DNA from: Phycisphaerae bacterium
Lineage (GTDB): Bacteria > Planctomycetota > Phycisphaerae > UBA1845 > CAIVHJ01
DNA: 64,000 nucleotides
Assembly: GCA_022072405.1 (NCBI GenBank)
Contig: JAJVHX010000017.1
Location: forward strand, 64,141-128,140
Direction: 5' to 3'
The notes under the pieces: model-generated
What the model saw: the letters and a program-made list of their open reading frames with translations, nothing else
The model's database searches: none
Told to the model about the DNA's origin: nothing
Translations under genes and position numbers: made by a program
Part shown: in pieces, positions 27,312 to 36,361 of the stretch
How the letters are laid out: every line of letters begins with the position of its first letter
Numbering within the stretch: position 1 is the first letter of the stretch

Positions 27312-30300
27312 ATGAGCACCCGTCAAATGTCCACCACATGTCAAGCGGCCTGGCGGGCCGCCCAAGTCCTGGTTTTCAGTTTGCCTCTCTGGCTGGCGGT
27401 CGCCGAAAGCCAAGCTGAAACCCGCAAGTTCAACGTATTTCTGGCCAATCCGCGGGCCCAATGGATTCCACAAGACCAGCCGATGGGTAGTGATATGTCC
27501 TCCGATGCTGGTGGGCAGCCGGCGGATGGTACGATGATGCCCAACCCGGGTGACATCGACAAATGGTACTTCGACTACACCCGGAACGGCGTTCCGCCGC
27601 AAGCGCGGATCGACTCTTTCAAGGAGTGGTGGTTTGAAGTTTCTTATGGCAACGTGATCATTGAAGGTTCGGATATTAACGTTCATACCTTCGGCTGGTT
27701 CGATCTGCCCTGGCCTGTCTCTCCCAAGAATCATCTGGAATTATCTGCTGAAGATCACATCGATCTCGATAATGCCGGTCCTTACACCTATGGCCGAGGT
27801 GAGCGGTTCACCGATGGAACCGTTATGTTTTACACAGATTTCAGTGGACAGGATTTGCCTCTCGATGGCACGACTCAGCCATCCATTCACGCCTTGGAAG
27901 ACGGCGCCTTCACGCCCGGTGAGCGCTTCATGGACCTGGATGGTGATAATCGTTACGACTCCTTGTTTGAACCCTACAGCACCCAGGATATCAACGAGAA
28001 TTGCATCTGTAATTATGCCGGTAATGATCTGGATGCCTTGAAGTATGGCGGTGATTTCACCTTGATGGATCTGGCAGGGAATCCTGTTCCTGGTAGTGGC
28101 AATCTGGAGGATTGCATCGAACAGACCAATGAATTGTTGACTGCCGAATGTCCAGAAACGGAAGCTGGCCAGATGGCCTGTGAAGATGCCGGTTGTACCT
28201 GGGATCCCGGTACGCTTCCGAACTGCCCCTCTCACGGGGATCAGACATCCTGTCAGGGTGACGAAGGCTGTGAGTGGATTCCTGCCTGTACCGGTGCCCC
28301 GCAATGTCCAGCCAAATTGACGCAAACACAGTGCGAATTAGATACGGAATGCACCTGGGATCCACCGGCGGAATGCGTTCTCGACCCTGGCTTTGTGGCG
28401 GATGATGCCGAGTGTATCGCGCAGGAATGTCCCGAAGGCGGCGGCACCTGTCTGGTGCAGGGATGCGACATAGAAGATTATTTTGAATCCGGCAATGACG
28501 ATGAGCGCAACCTTCCTGAACCATTTGAGGATTATCTGATTTTCCGGGATCGGGCGGGCGATATCACCAACGGTGGTTCTCCTCCATCGGACAATCCGTA
28601 TCAGCCAGTGCCCGCTGATTATATACAAGCCAACTATCCGGGTGATTGGGAAACGCTGCAGACGCTGGCTGATAACAATGTTTATGATTCTCCGGAAGCC
28701 TGGGAACCGTATACGGAAGATGGCGGTTATGTACGCGGGACGGGAGATTTTGCAAATCCGACCAATGATCAGGGTAACCTGGAACGTAATCTGGAGTTGA
28801 CCGAGTTCCAGGGAGATATCGCGGCCACTCCCCAGCCCAGCTGGTATGAAGATTTCTGGAAATCAACTTTTGTTCCGGAAGGTCCGGCTGATGTGCCACC
28901 GGCATGGCCCGATGAAGGCCTCATTCGCGATCTGCAATATTTCCCGGCTGAGGATGTTGCCGGATATACTTATCCGTTCGAGATCAACTATCAATCGAAC
29001 AAAGGCGGTCGGAAGGGATATGGAACAGCCGGTGACCAGGAAGCGATTGGTCAGCCGGTTGGTTTCTCACCCGATACATTCTGTGGTGTTGCGGACAGCC
29101 CCTGGCAGCCGCTGGCGGAGGATGGCTGCGGTGATGGCACCTGGGTCAACCCGGAAGATCCCACTGATCCCGGTTCACCGATTTATCCCACACCACAACA
29201 GAATTACAACGGACCGAAGGAATATTATGATTCGCCTTCATCCATCTATCATGCACGATACATTCCACTGACCAACGAAGATGGCTGTCCGATCGATCTG
29301 GAAGGCGAAGAAATCTGTGATGATTGTATTGATTGTGATGCGGGAGATATCGCTCAATTCATACCCATCATGCTGGACTACGGTGGAGATACGACATTTG
29401 GCGAAACCACCTCTTCGGATCCATACTTCCAATCGAATCGAACTAACCGAGGTGCAGATCGCGGGACTTCACCATTTACCACTTCGCTGGAGATTCTGTT
29501 CCCGGATGGTTACATCGTTCCGGCGGGTCCTCTGGCCGGCGGCGATGTTTTCTTCCCGACATTTGAAGAAGGTAATCCCGGCCCGTATGGTAAAGCCATT
29601 CCGGTTCACGGTTGCAAGCTGGCGGATGGCGGAAACGTCATGACCCTGGAATTAATGACCTGGGTCCGCAAACTTGAAGATCCCCGCGCCTTGCCCTTTA
29701 GTCAGGATACGGGCAATGTTGTGGGCCAGAGTGCCGGATCGATGGGCATGGGATTTGATTTCCGAACCGGTGAGGATGCCATCGGTTTCGCCGATTTCGA
29801 TATGGATGGCTTACTTGATCTCGGTGAAGGTGTGACTTTCGGTTATCGCGATACTGATGATGACGGGACGCTGGATTCCTATTACGGCGTCGAATCCTAT
29901 GCAGTAGATGGCCGTATCGGCACCGGCGGTATGAATAACGGTACGTTTACGGATTACCCCTATAATCGCGATCGCATGATCGAAGATATCATTGGGTATA
30001 TTGATTCGATCCACAACATGGCTGGATTGATCGACTCCTGGGGTGTCAGCGGCATTACGCTGCTACCGGGCAGTATGGGTGGTGAAACCGGTAGTGACGG
30101 TACCTTCTCTCACGAAGTTGATAACAGTGTTTTTTCGGTTCCAGCGGCAGGTTTCAATGCCATGCCGGTGAATGATGTGATGGTTCAGGCCGGACCGTAT
30201 GATGGTACGGTGCCTTGTCCGGATGGGGCTGATTGTACGTTGGTGCCTACGCCGTGGCGGCTGATGCAGGCTTATGTCTCCGCCAACAGCATGGCCATCG

Positions 30301-33300
30301 CTTTGGATCGAGGCCATCCGATGGATGTGCAGCAGGCGACAGAAGGTAAGTTCAAAATTACCTTTGCGGCCCACGAATATGGCCACATCTGGGAGGGATG
30401 GGTCGACTTCTATGATTACGATACTCTGCCCGACGTGCCGTCTGTGGAAGAAGCACCGGTGGGCGGGTTTGATATCATGGCGGGTGACCGGGCCATCGGT
30501 CTCCTGCCGAAGGTTCATACTGCTGCATGGCACAAACAGTGGTCCGGCTGGATCGATCCGGTTGATCTGACCACCGTGCTGACTCCGGGCATATCCAAGG
30601 AAATCACTATTATCGGCAGTGAAGCCCCCAATCCCGGTGCGGGTCAGGGCTCACCATTCTCACCGCAATCGTACTACTTCTTCCCCAATCAGTATGTGGG
30701 CGGCGGCCAGCTGGTGAATGTTGAACGATTTGATTTCTGGCACATCAGCGATACACGTGACAATATCGGATCGGAACCCAAATTCGGAAACGAATATCCC
30801 TGGGGTGACGAAGAGATTGATTACGGTCTCGGCTCCGAACCAGATGGTATCATAACACTGAATCGTCGGGCTGATGAATGTGACAGCGGTGAAGATCCGT
30901 CTGGCGACGAACCGGATGGCGGCGTATTGATCATGCATCTGGATGTGGAAGCTGATTCACTGGGTATTCCTGCACAACAGATTGATCCCAGCCATGTCAA
31001 TTATCTGATACTGCAGGCGGACGGGGATGATGATCTGATGGCCAATTTCGCTATTGGCAACGGCGGGGACAATGGTGATTACTACCCCGGAACCTGTAAC
31101 AATACCCTCTGGACTCCGTTGTCCTACCCGCACACACGCTGGTGGGCACCGGAAGCGGGCGTCAGTGGCATTGAAATCCATAATTCCGAAAACCTGGGTG
31201 TGAACCCGAATACCGGTTTCGGTTCCTCGCGGGTGGAATTCTTCTGGCAACCGCGCGACACCGCTTCGCTGACCTGGCTGAATGTGGATTCCACAGTCAG
31301 CAGCGGTTCGATGTTCCCATTGAATTACCGTGCTTATGATGTCGCCGGATTTACCCGCATCCATATGTTCAAGGATACGGACAGCACCGGCTTCAACGGT
31401 GTAGCCATACCTTCATGTCCGCCTTCGCCTTTGTCTGATACCACGCCTTTCCTCAAGAAGGCGCCGACCGGACCGGGACCGAAGGATGTCCAGGGTATTT
31501 TTGATGTCGATCTGAACTGTTTCGATGATGGTCCGGCTTACTTCTACGCATTCCTCGAACCAACCGGTTCGGAGCCGAAGGTCAGTCCGGTACGTCCGTT
31601 CATTAATAATGTGGGTAACGGAAATGTAACCATCAATCCGGCAGATGTTCGTCTGGATCCAGCCAATGTGAATTCGGTCAAGGTGGAGAGCTGGACGCTG
31701 ACAGTAGTGGATGATGCGATACCCGGTGCTGAAAAATGGAGCGTGGTCGGAACCCGATCCGGTCTGCAGGCGACTCAAGCGACCACGAACGTACTTTATA
31801 CGTCGGCAAACCCGGCTGGGGCGATCAAGCTGACGATACATCGCGGCTCGATTGACTTCAAGGATGGGGATTACTTTACCTTTACGACGCCTGGCTGGAC
31901 TCCTTATTCGTCCATGATCCAGGTGGAAGATCATGCGGTCGGCCCTCATCCGTTGGCCGACTTCGAAGCACTGGATCCGACGGTTGGACCGCGTCCGTTG
32001 CAGGTTCAATTTGACGGCACGTTATCCACCGATCCCAGCGCCGGCTTGTGTGTGGGTGATCCGCTGGATTACGACTGGGATTTCGGCGATGGCGGCAGTT
32101 CGACGCAGGCCATGCCGACTCATACGTTTGATGAATCCGGTACCTACGACATCACCCTGGTTGTCACCAACTGCCTCGGGCAGACGGGGACGAAAGTGCG
32201 TGAAGGTTATGTCGTGGTGCTCAGCAATCCACCGACGGTGATTCTGTCCACGACACCGAACCCGGCGCAGGGTGCTTTACCGTTGTCGGTGCAGTTTGGT
32301 GTTCAAGCCAGCGACCCAGATGGCGATGCCATCAGCAAGTATGAATTTGATTGGCAGATGCCGGGTACGATGGATGATTTCGACATAGATGATTTTGCGG
32401 CTGATTTCACGATGAATACGAGCCAAGGCGCGGTCAACACCACGCATATTTATTCGACGGTGTATAACGGACTGGCGGCGGTTCGCGTTACCGATGTATC
32501 CGGTGACAGTCGTACGGTGGTGGTCGAAATCAACGCCGGCAACCTGCCGCCCAATGCGATCTTCAGTGCCGGCAGTCGGACTATTAATGGAAATGACCCG
32601 CTGCCGTTGATCGGAACTGTTCCGTTCACACTGAATTTCAACGGTGCCGTTTCTACAGACCCGGATCTTGATGCGCTGACCTACGCGTGGTTCTTCAGTG
32701 CGGCGGCTTTGCAATCGGGCATTCCCGATGCCACCGGTCCGCAGGCCACCCATACGTTCAGTGCAGTTGGTACATTCCTGGTGACATTGGTGGTCACTGA
32801 TCCGGATGGAGCATCCGATTCTGCCTCTGTTCAGGTTCAAACCACATTGGGCGAACCGAACGTGATTACCGTGTCGATTGTTGCTTCCAAGTCATCCGGA
32901 GCTTCACCGCTTGCGGTGAACTTCACCGCCAATGCCACCTCATCCAACGGTTCGCCGCTGGATTACACCTGGAGCTTTGGCGATGGTTCCGCGGATGCTT
33001 TCGGCAAGACGGTATCTCACACCTTCACGAATGCCGGCTCGCAGCAGATTGTGCGAACGGTCTCCGTGCTGGTGCAGGACGATGCCGGAACGCAGAAAAC
33101 CGCTACCAAGCAGATTACTGTCTATCCACCTGGTGGCTCGGGTGACGACGACGGTCCGTTTGATCCTAATCTGATCGCTGAGTTTTTCATTGAAGAGGGC
33201 AGCGCTTCCGGCAATGCTCCGCTGGCGATCACCTTTAATACCACCGGTTCAGAGGCATTGGATGGTACGCCGGTTACCTGTCGAATCGAGTTCGGAGACG

Positions 33301-33884
33301 GGTCGATGCCGGTAAACGTTCTGCCGGGTACACTTGTACCTCATACTTATCATTCGGTGGGTACCTTTACGGCCTATTCATTCACGGTAGGCCAGGGTGG
33401 TTCGGAAACCCGTTCAGACGGTATTGCGATTACGGTGAACGATTCCGGCACGCCGATCGCGGCGATTGATGCAAATGTTCTGGAAGGTGAGGCTCCGCTG
33501 ACCATCTCGTTCGACGCTTCCGGCTCCGTTGATCCGGAAGGTCAGGCGCTGACCTTCAGTTGGGAATTCGGCAATGGAGCACAGGGTACCGGGACCACCG
33601 TCAATTACACATACCAGTCAGCGGGTACTTATGTGGTAACCTTGTCGGCTGATGATGGGGGTGCGGTGGGAACGGCGACCGTGACGATTGAAGTTTCCAG
33701 CCCACTAACCCCACCGGGAGGAGGTGGTGGTCTGGGTAACGATAACACCGTCACGCAGCCGAATCCGGATGACGCCAACGGAGCATGCGGTGCGGGTTGC
33801 GGTCCGATGGGTGCCGGACAGCTGTTGGCGACACTGATCGGGTTGCTCGGTGTACGGATGAATTTCCGTCGCCGCCGTCTCTAA
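27312..33884 (+). CDS. giant secreted M6 (immune-inhibitor-A-like) metalloprotease with Cys-rich module, Ca-binding-like loops, six PKD repeats and a C-terminal sorting signal
   Basis: The ATG at 27312 has GGAGGA upstream. Signal peptide ...VLVFSLPLWLAVAESQA. M6-like N-region FKEWWFEVSYGNVIIEGSDINVHTFGWFDLPW. Zinc site HEYGH at 30372-30386. PKD repeats at about 31960-33695. Tail ...GACGAGCGPMGAGQLLATLIGLLGVRMNFRRRRL. Confidence 0.85.
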   Translation: MSTRQMSTTCQAAWRAAQVLVFSLPLWLAVAESQAETRKFNVFLANPRAQWIPQDQPMGSDMSSDAGGQPADGTMMPNPGDIDKWYFDYTRNGVPPQARIDSFKEWWFEVSYGNVIIEGSDINVHTFGWFDLPWPVSPKNHLELSAEDHIDLDNAGPYTYGRGERFTDGTVMFYTDFSGQDLPLDGTTQPSIHALEDGAFTPGERFMDLDGDNRYDSLFEPYSTQDINENCICNYAGNDLDALKYGGDFTLMDLAGNPVPGSGNLEDCIEQTNELLTAECPETEAGQMACEDAGCTWDPGTLPNCPSHGDQTSCQGDEGCEWIPACTGAPQCPAKLTQTQCELDTECTWDPPAECVLDPGFVADDAECIAQECPEGGGTCLVQGCDIEDYFESGNDDERNLPEPFEDYLIFRDRAGDITNGGSPPSDNPYQPVPADYIQANYPGDWETLQTLADNNVYDSPEAWEPYTEDGGYVRGTGDFANPTNDQGNLERNLELTEFQGDIAATPQPSWYEDFWKSTFVPEGPADVPPAWPDEGLIRDLQYFPAEDVAGYTYPFEINYQSNKGGRKGYGTAGDQEAIGQPVGFSPDTFCGVADSPWQPLAEDGCGDGTWVNPEDPTDPGSPIYPTPQQNYNGPKEYYDSPSSIYHARYIPLTNEDGCPIDLEGEEICDDCIDCDAGDIAQFIPIMLDYGGDTTFGETTSSDPYFQSNRTNRGADRGTSPFTTSLEILFPDGYIVPAGPLAGGDVFFPTFEEGNPGPYGKAIPVHGCKLADGGNVMTLELMTWVRKLEDPRALPFSQDTGNVVGQSAGSMGMGFDFRTGEDAIGFADFDMDGLLDLGEGVTFGYRDTDDDGTLDSYYGVESYAVDGRIGTGGMNNGTFTDYPYNRDRMIEDIIGYIDSIHNMAGLIDSWGVSGITLLPGSMGGETGSDGTFSHEVDNSVFSVPAAGFNAMPVNDVMVQAGPYDGTVPCPDGADCTLVPTPWRLMQAYVSANSMAIALDRGHPMDVQQATEGKFKITFAAHEYGHIWEGWVDFYDYDTLPDVPSVEEAPVGGFDIMAGDRAIGLLPKVHTAAWHKQWSGWIDPVDLTTVLTPGISKEITIIGSEAPNPGAGQGSPFSPQSYYFFPNQYVGGGQLVNVERFDFWHISDTRDNIGSEPKFGNEYPWGDEEIDYGLGSEPDGIITLNRRADECDSGEDPSGDEPDGGVLIMHLDVEADSLGIPAQQIDPSHVNYLILQADGDDDLMANFAIGNGGDNGDYYPGTCNNTLWTPLSYPHTRWWAPEAGVSGIEIHNSENLGVNPNTGFGSSRVEFFWQPRDTASLTWLNVDSTVSSGSMFPLNYRAYDVAGFTRIHMFKDTDSTGFNGVAIPSCPPSPLSDTTPFLKKAPTGPGPKDVQGIFDVDLNCFDDGPAYFYAFLEPTGSEPKVSPVRPFINNVGNGNVTINPADVRLDPANVNSVKVESWTLTVVDDAIPGAEKWSVVGTRSGLQATQATTNVLYTSANPAGAIKLTIHRGSIDFKDGDYFTFTTPGWTPYSSMIQVEDHAVGPHPLADFEALDPTVGPRPLQVQFDGTLSTDPSAGLCVGDPLDYDWDFGDGGSSTQAMPTHTFDESGTYDITLVVTNCLGQTGTKVREGYVVVLSNPPTVILSTTPNPAQGALPLSVQFGVQASDPDGDAISKYEFDWQMPGTMDDFDIDDFAADFTMNTSQGAVNTTHIYSTVYNGLAAVRVTDVSGDSRTVVVEINAGNLPPNAIFSAGSRTINGNDPLPLIGTVPFTLNFNGAVSTDPDLDALTYAWFFSAAALQSGIPDATGPQATHTFSAVGTFLVTLVVTDPDGASDSASVQVQTTLGEPNVITVSIVASKSSGASPLAVNFTANATSSNGSPLDYTWSFGDGSADAFGKTVSHTFTNAGSQQIVRTVSVLVQDDAGTQKTATKQITVYPPGGSGDDDGPFDPNLIAEFFIEEGSASGNAPLAITFNTTGSEALDGTPVTCRIEFGDGSMPVNVLPGTLVPHTYHSVGTFTAYSFTVGQGGSETRSDGIAITVNDSGTPIAAIDANVLEGEAPLTISFDASGSVDPEGQALTFSWEFGNGAQGTGTTVNYTYQSAGTYVVTLSADDGGAVGTATVTIEVSSPLTPPGGGGGLGNDNTVTQPNPDDANGACGAGCGPMGAGQLLATLIGLLGVRMNFRRRRL

Positions 33885-33912
33885 ATAGTTGTTGTTTGCT
33901 TACATAACCATG

Positions 33913-33945
33913 CCCGTGGATGGGATTCCATCCACGGGTTTTTTT
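33913..33945 (+). terminator. intrinsic terminator
   Basis: Perfect 11-bp stem CCCGTGGATGG (33913-33923) / CCATCCACGGG (33928-33938), loop GATT, T7 (33939-33945). Confidence 0.85.
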
Positions 33946-34025
33946 ATTAGACAGGGTCTCAAAAATTCAAAGAGCCGCAGGTTCTAGCCCGCGCGATGCC
34001 TCAATTGGTGATGATGATACCAGCA

Positions 34026-35084
34026 CTAGTTGCCTTCACCGTTATGGGTCGATTCATCGGCTGATGTGTTTGATCCCCACAATTTCCAGTCATTCGGAAT
34101 ATCGGTCACTACCGGGATCGCGGGGAGGAGGCGTAGTAAAGAGCAGGAAACGTCCTGATCCTGAAGTTCTGCAGCGGCCTGTTCGGACATTTCCTGCTGC
34201 AGCTCCTGGGTAACCGGCTGAGTAGTGGCGGGCCAGTGCTGCAGAATCTGCCATCGCCACCAGATCAACGTACAGCGCGCCTGCTGACCTTGAGCTTCGG
34301 AAGAATAAGCTTGAGCAGTGGATTCTTCGAGCTTGAGCAGTAAGGCAACAGCTAAATCCGGTTGTTGCCGGCGGGCGAGAATCCGGCATCGTTCACCGGC
34401 CAGGTACAGACTGATCGGTTGTTCAGATGAGAGGCGCATTGCTTCGGGCAGAGTAGCCAAGGCCCGATCCCAGCGTTCATTGGCTGCATAGATCAGGCTT
34501 TGCCAGAATAAGGCGTAATCGGAAATTTCGGCGCGATCATCATCAAGCCAAACGGCGAGTGTATTGGCCAGTGAATCCAATCGTGCGGCGTCACGTTGGC
34601 CATCCTGCGCCTGGCTCCAAGCCTCCAAAACGTCAGTCATCAGTCGCAGGAATTGAGCTTGGTCCTTATTCAGGTCATCCTCTGAGGCGGATTTATCAAG
34701 CAGAGTGCGCGTCTGCAGCAGCAGTTTCTGCAGTTCATTAAGTTCTGCTTTGGTATTGATCTGCTGCAGAATGCTGCTGATCATTGGTTCAGCCCGGACA
34801 CTCAGATTCCAGTTGGCCAAGGCCAGTACTTGACTCGGATCAGGAGTTGAGGAGGATTGAAGCAGCAGTTCTACGCGCCGATACTCCTCATCCAGATAGG
34901 CCTGGTATTGTTCTTCTGAGGTAAAAGTCGGTGGATAATTGGATGTACTTAATAGCGGGTGCGGTACAGCAGGCCGGCTGGTCACAGCTTGAGTGGCAGG
35001 TTCAGTTGGCTGAGATTCCGTGGCTGGTTGCTGGAGCAGGACTGAAAATAACATACCGGCCAATAAAATGACGGACATGTTCAA
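34026..35084 (-). CDS. hypothetical secreted helical protein
   Basis: 352 aa. Signal peptide MNMSVILLAGMLFSVLLQQ, then a Pro/Thr-rich linker and alpha-helix-like sequence. Divergent from the vWA/ExbBD cluster. No recognised motif. Confidence 0.6.
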   Translation of the reverse strand: MNMSVILLAGMLFSVLLQQPATESQPTEPATQAVTSRPAVPHPLLSTSNYPPTFTSEEQYQAYLDEEYRRVELLLQSSSTPDPSQVLALANWNLSVRAEPMISSILQQINTKAELNELQKLLLQTRTLLDKSASEDDLNKDQAQFLRLMTDVLEAWSQAQDGQRDAARLDSLANTLAVWLDDDRAEISDYALFWQSLIYAANERWDRALATLPEAMRLSSEQPISLYLAGERCRILARRQQPDLAVALLLKLEESTAQAYSSEAQGQQARCTLIWWRWQILQHWPATTQPVTQELQQEMSEQAAAELQDQDVSCSLLRLLPAIPVVTDIPNDWKLWGSNTSADESTHNGEGN

Positions 35085-35331
35085 CTCCTTTTCTAGAATT
35101 CGCCAAGAGTACGAACTGACTGAAGCGATTGCAACGCGTATACTATGGGTGATGCCGTCTCTTCCGGGGTGACTCTGTCGGTTTACTGGCTCTGACGGTT
35201 TGACCTAAACAGTTATCTAGCCTACACTAATGTTAAATTAAGACCGACTGGAACGAGACAACAGGAGTTCGTACCTCGAACTGATTTTTCAGAGAATCAG
35301 GACTGCTGCTCCGGCTTCACAGGACGACCAG

Positions 35332-36357
35332 ATGAGTCAGCTGCCCAAACCATCCCAGATTAAAGCTGATGGCCAACCGGCGTCGCCTGGAGCAACACCA
35401 CCGGTTCACGCCGGATTAGCAGCGAAAAAAGAGGAATCGATTTTCCAGGATCCCGGTGAGCTGCTGAACAAGATGTTACCCTGGGGTATATCTCTGCTAA
35501 CCCATGTGTTTCTTTTTCTATTGATGTTTCTCGTGGTCTGGGTGGTGCAGGTAACCGGTATGGATAAGCCCCTGCCGATTCCCACCGCCGGAGTCGAGGA
35601 TCTGTTCGATGAAAACATGATGGGGGGTTCGGAAAATCCGGATCTGAAGGTTACCCAGAACAACGTTCCGGTCAGTGCCCAGAGCGTTTCCAATCAACAG
35701 CTCGATTTATTGCGCGAAGTGGGCATGAGCGGCGAAGGGGATCTTTCCATCATCGGAATCGGTGCCGGCTCAACCGGCGGCGACTTTGCTGATTTCGGCG
35801 CCGGCAGCGGACAGGGTGATGGACCTTCATTTTTCGGACTAGGCCGCGGCGCCACCAACATCAAAAAGGTTGCTTATGTTGTTGATCGTTCCGGTTCGAT
35901 GACGGACGTGATTGATGGTTTGAAAGAAGAAATCAAACGCTCCATAGATCGGCTACATCGGGTGCAGCAGTTTATGGTGCTCTTCTTCAGCAACGGTCCG
36001 CCCATTGAAGTGCCCCCCGGTCAGTTCGTATTAGCCCATAAGCAGTACAAGGATCGGGCCTTCGAGTTCATCGACAAAATCGAGCCAGGCGGCAGCACTG
36101 ATCCGATCCAGGCGATGAGCAGGGCGTTTTATGCCAAACCGGATCTTATCTATTTCCTGACCGACGGTGAATTTTCTCCTGAACTGATCGAGAAGCTGCA
36201 CGTTTGGAATAAAGATAAAAAGGTGCGCATCTACACGATATTTTTCAAAACCAGCAATATGGGTTATCTGGGCAGTGATCCGGAAGCCCTGTTACGGCAG
36301 ATCGCCCGCGAGAATAGTGGAGACTTTCGCAGTGTTTCGGAAGAAGATTTATATTAA
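35332..36357 (+). CDS. membrane-anchored vWA-domain protein with TonB-like N-terminal anchor signature
   Basis: Single TM segment LPWGISLLTHVFLFLLMFLVVWVV (Ser54-x3-His58). Gly/Ser/Asp linker. vWA with MIDAS DxSxS (VAYVVDRSGSMTD) and downstream GGSTD. Confidence 0.8.
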   Translation: MSQLPKPSQIKADGQPASPGATPPVHAGLAAKKEESIFQDPGELLNKMLPWGISLLTHVFLFLLMFLVVWVVQVTGMDKPLPIPTAGVEDLFDENMMGGSENPDLKVTQNNVPVSAQSVSNQQLDLLREVGMSGEGDLSIIGIGAGSTGGDFADFGAGSGQGDGPSFFGLGRGATNIKKVAYVVDRSGSMTDVIDGLKEEIKRSIDRLHRVQQFMVLFFSNGPPIEVPPGQFVLAHKQYKDRAFEFIDKIEPGGSTDPIQAMSRAFYAKPDLIYFLTDGEFSPELIEKLHVWNKDKKVRIYTIFFKTSNMGYLGSDPEALLRQIARENSGDFRSVSEEDLY

Positions 36358-36361
36358 GCCG

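Noticed and set aside
27741-28325. Chain of 100-200-aa minus-strand and off-frame ORFs across the giant protease gene (e.g. 27090..27734, 27741..28325, 31413..32009, 32277..32840)
   Set aside because: All are embedded in a single uninterrupted 2200-codon plus-strand frame with recognisable domains. Their translations are Arg/His/Ile-rich with no motifs.
33920-34213. 97-aa plus-strand ORF after the giant gene
   Set aside because: It starts inside the terminator hairpin and overlaps the 3' end of the convergent 34026..35084 gene. It has no SD.
36275-36361. Upstream ORF extensions overlapping the preceding genes (36275 start of the TPR-like gene; likewise 39214-39330 for the large TPR gene and 38735-38794 for ExbD2)
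   Set aside because: Each extension overlaps the 3' end of the upstream gene in another frame. The signal peptide, lipobox or ExbD N-terminus begins right after the upstream stop.
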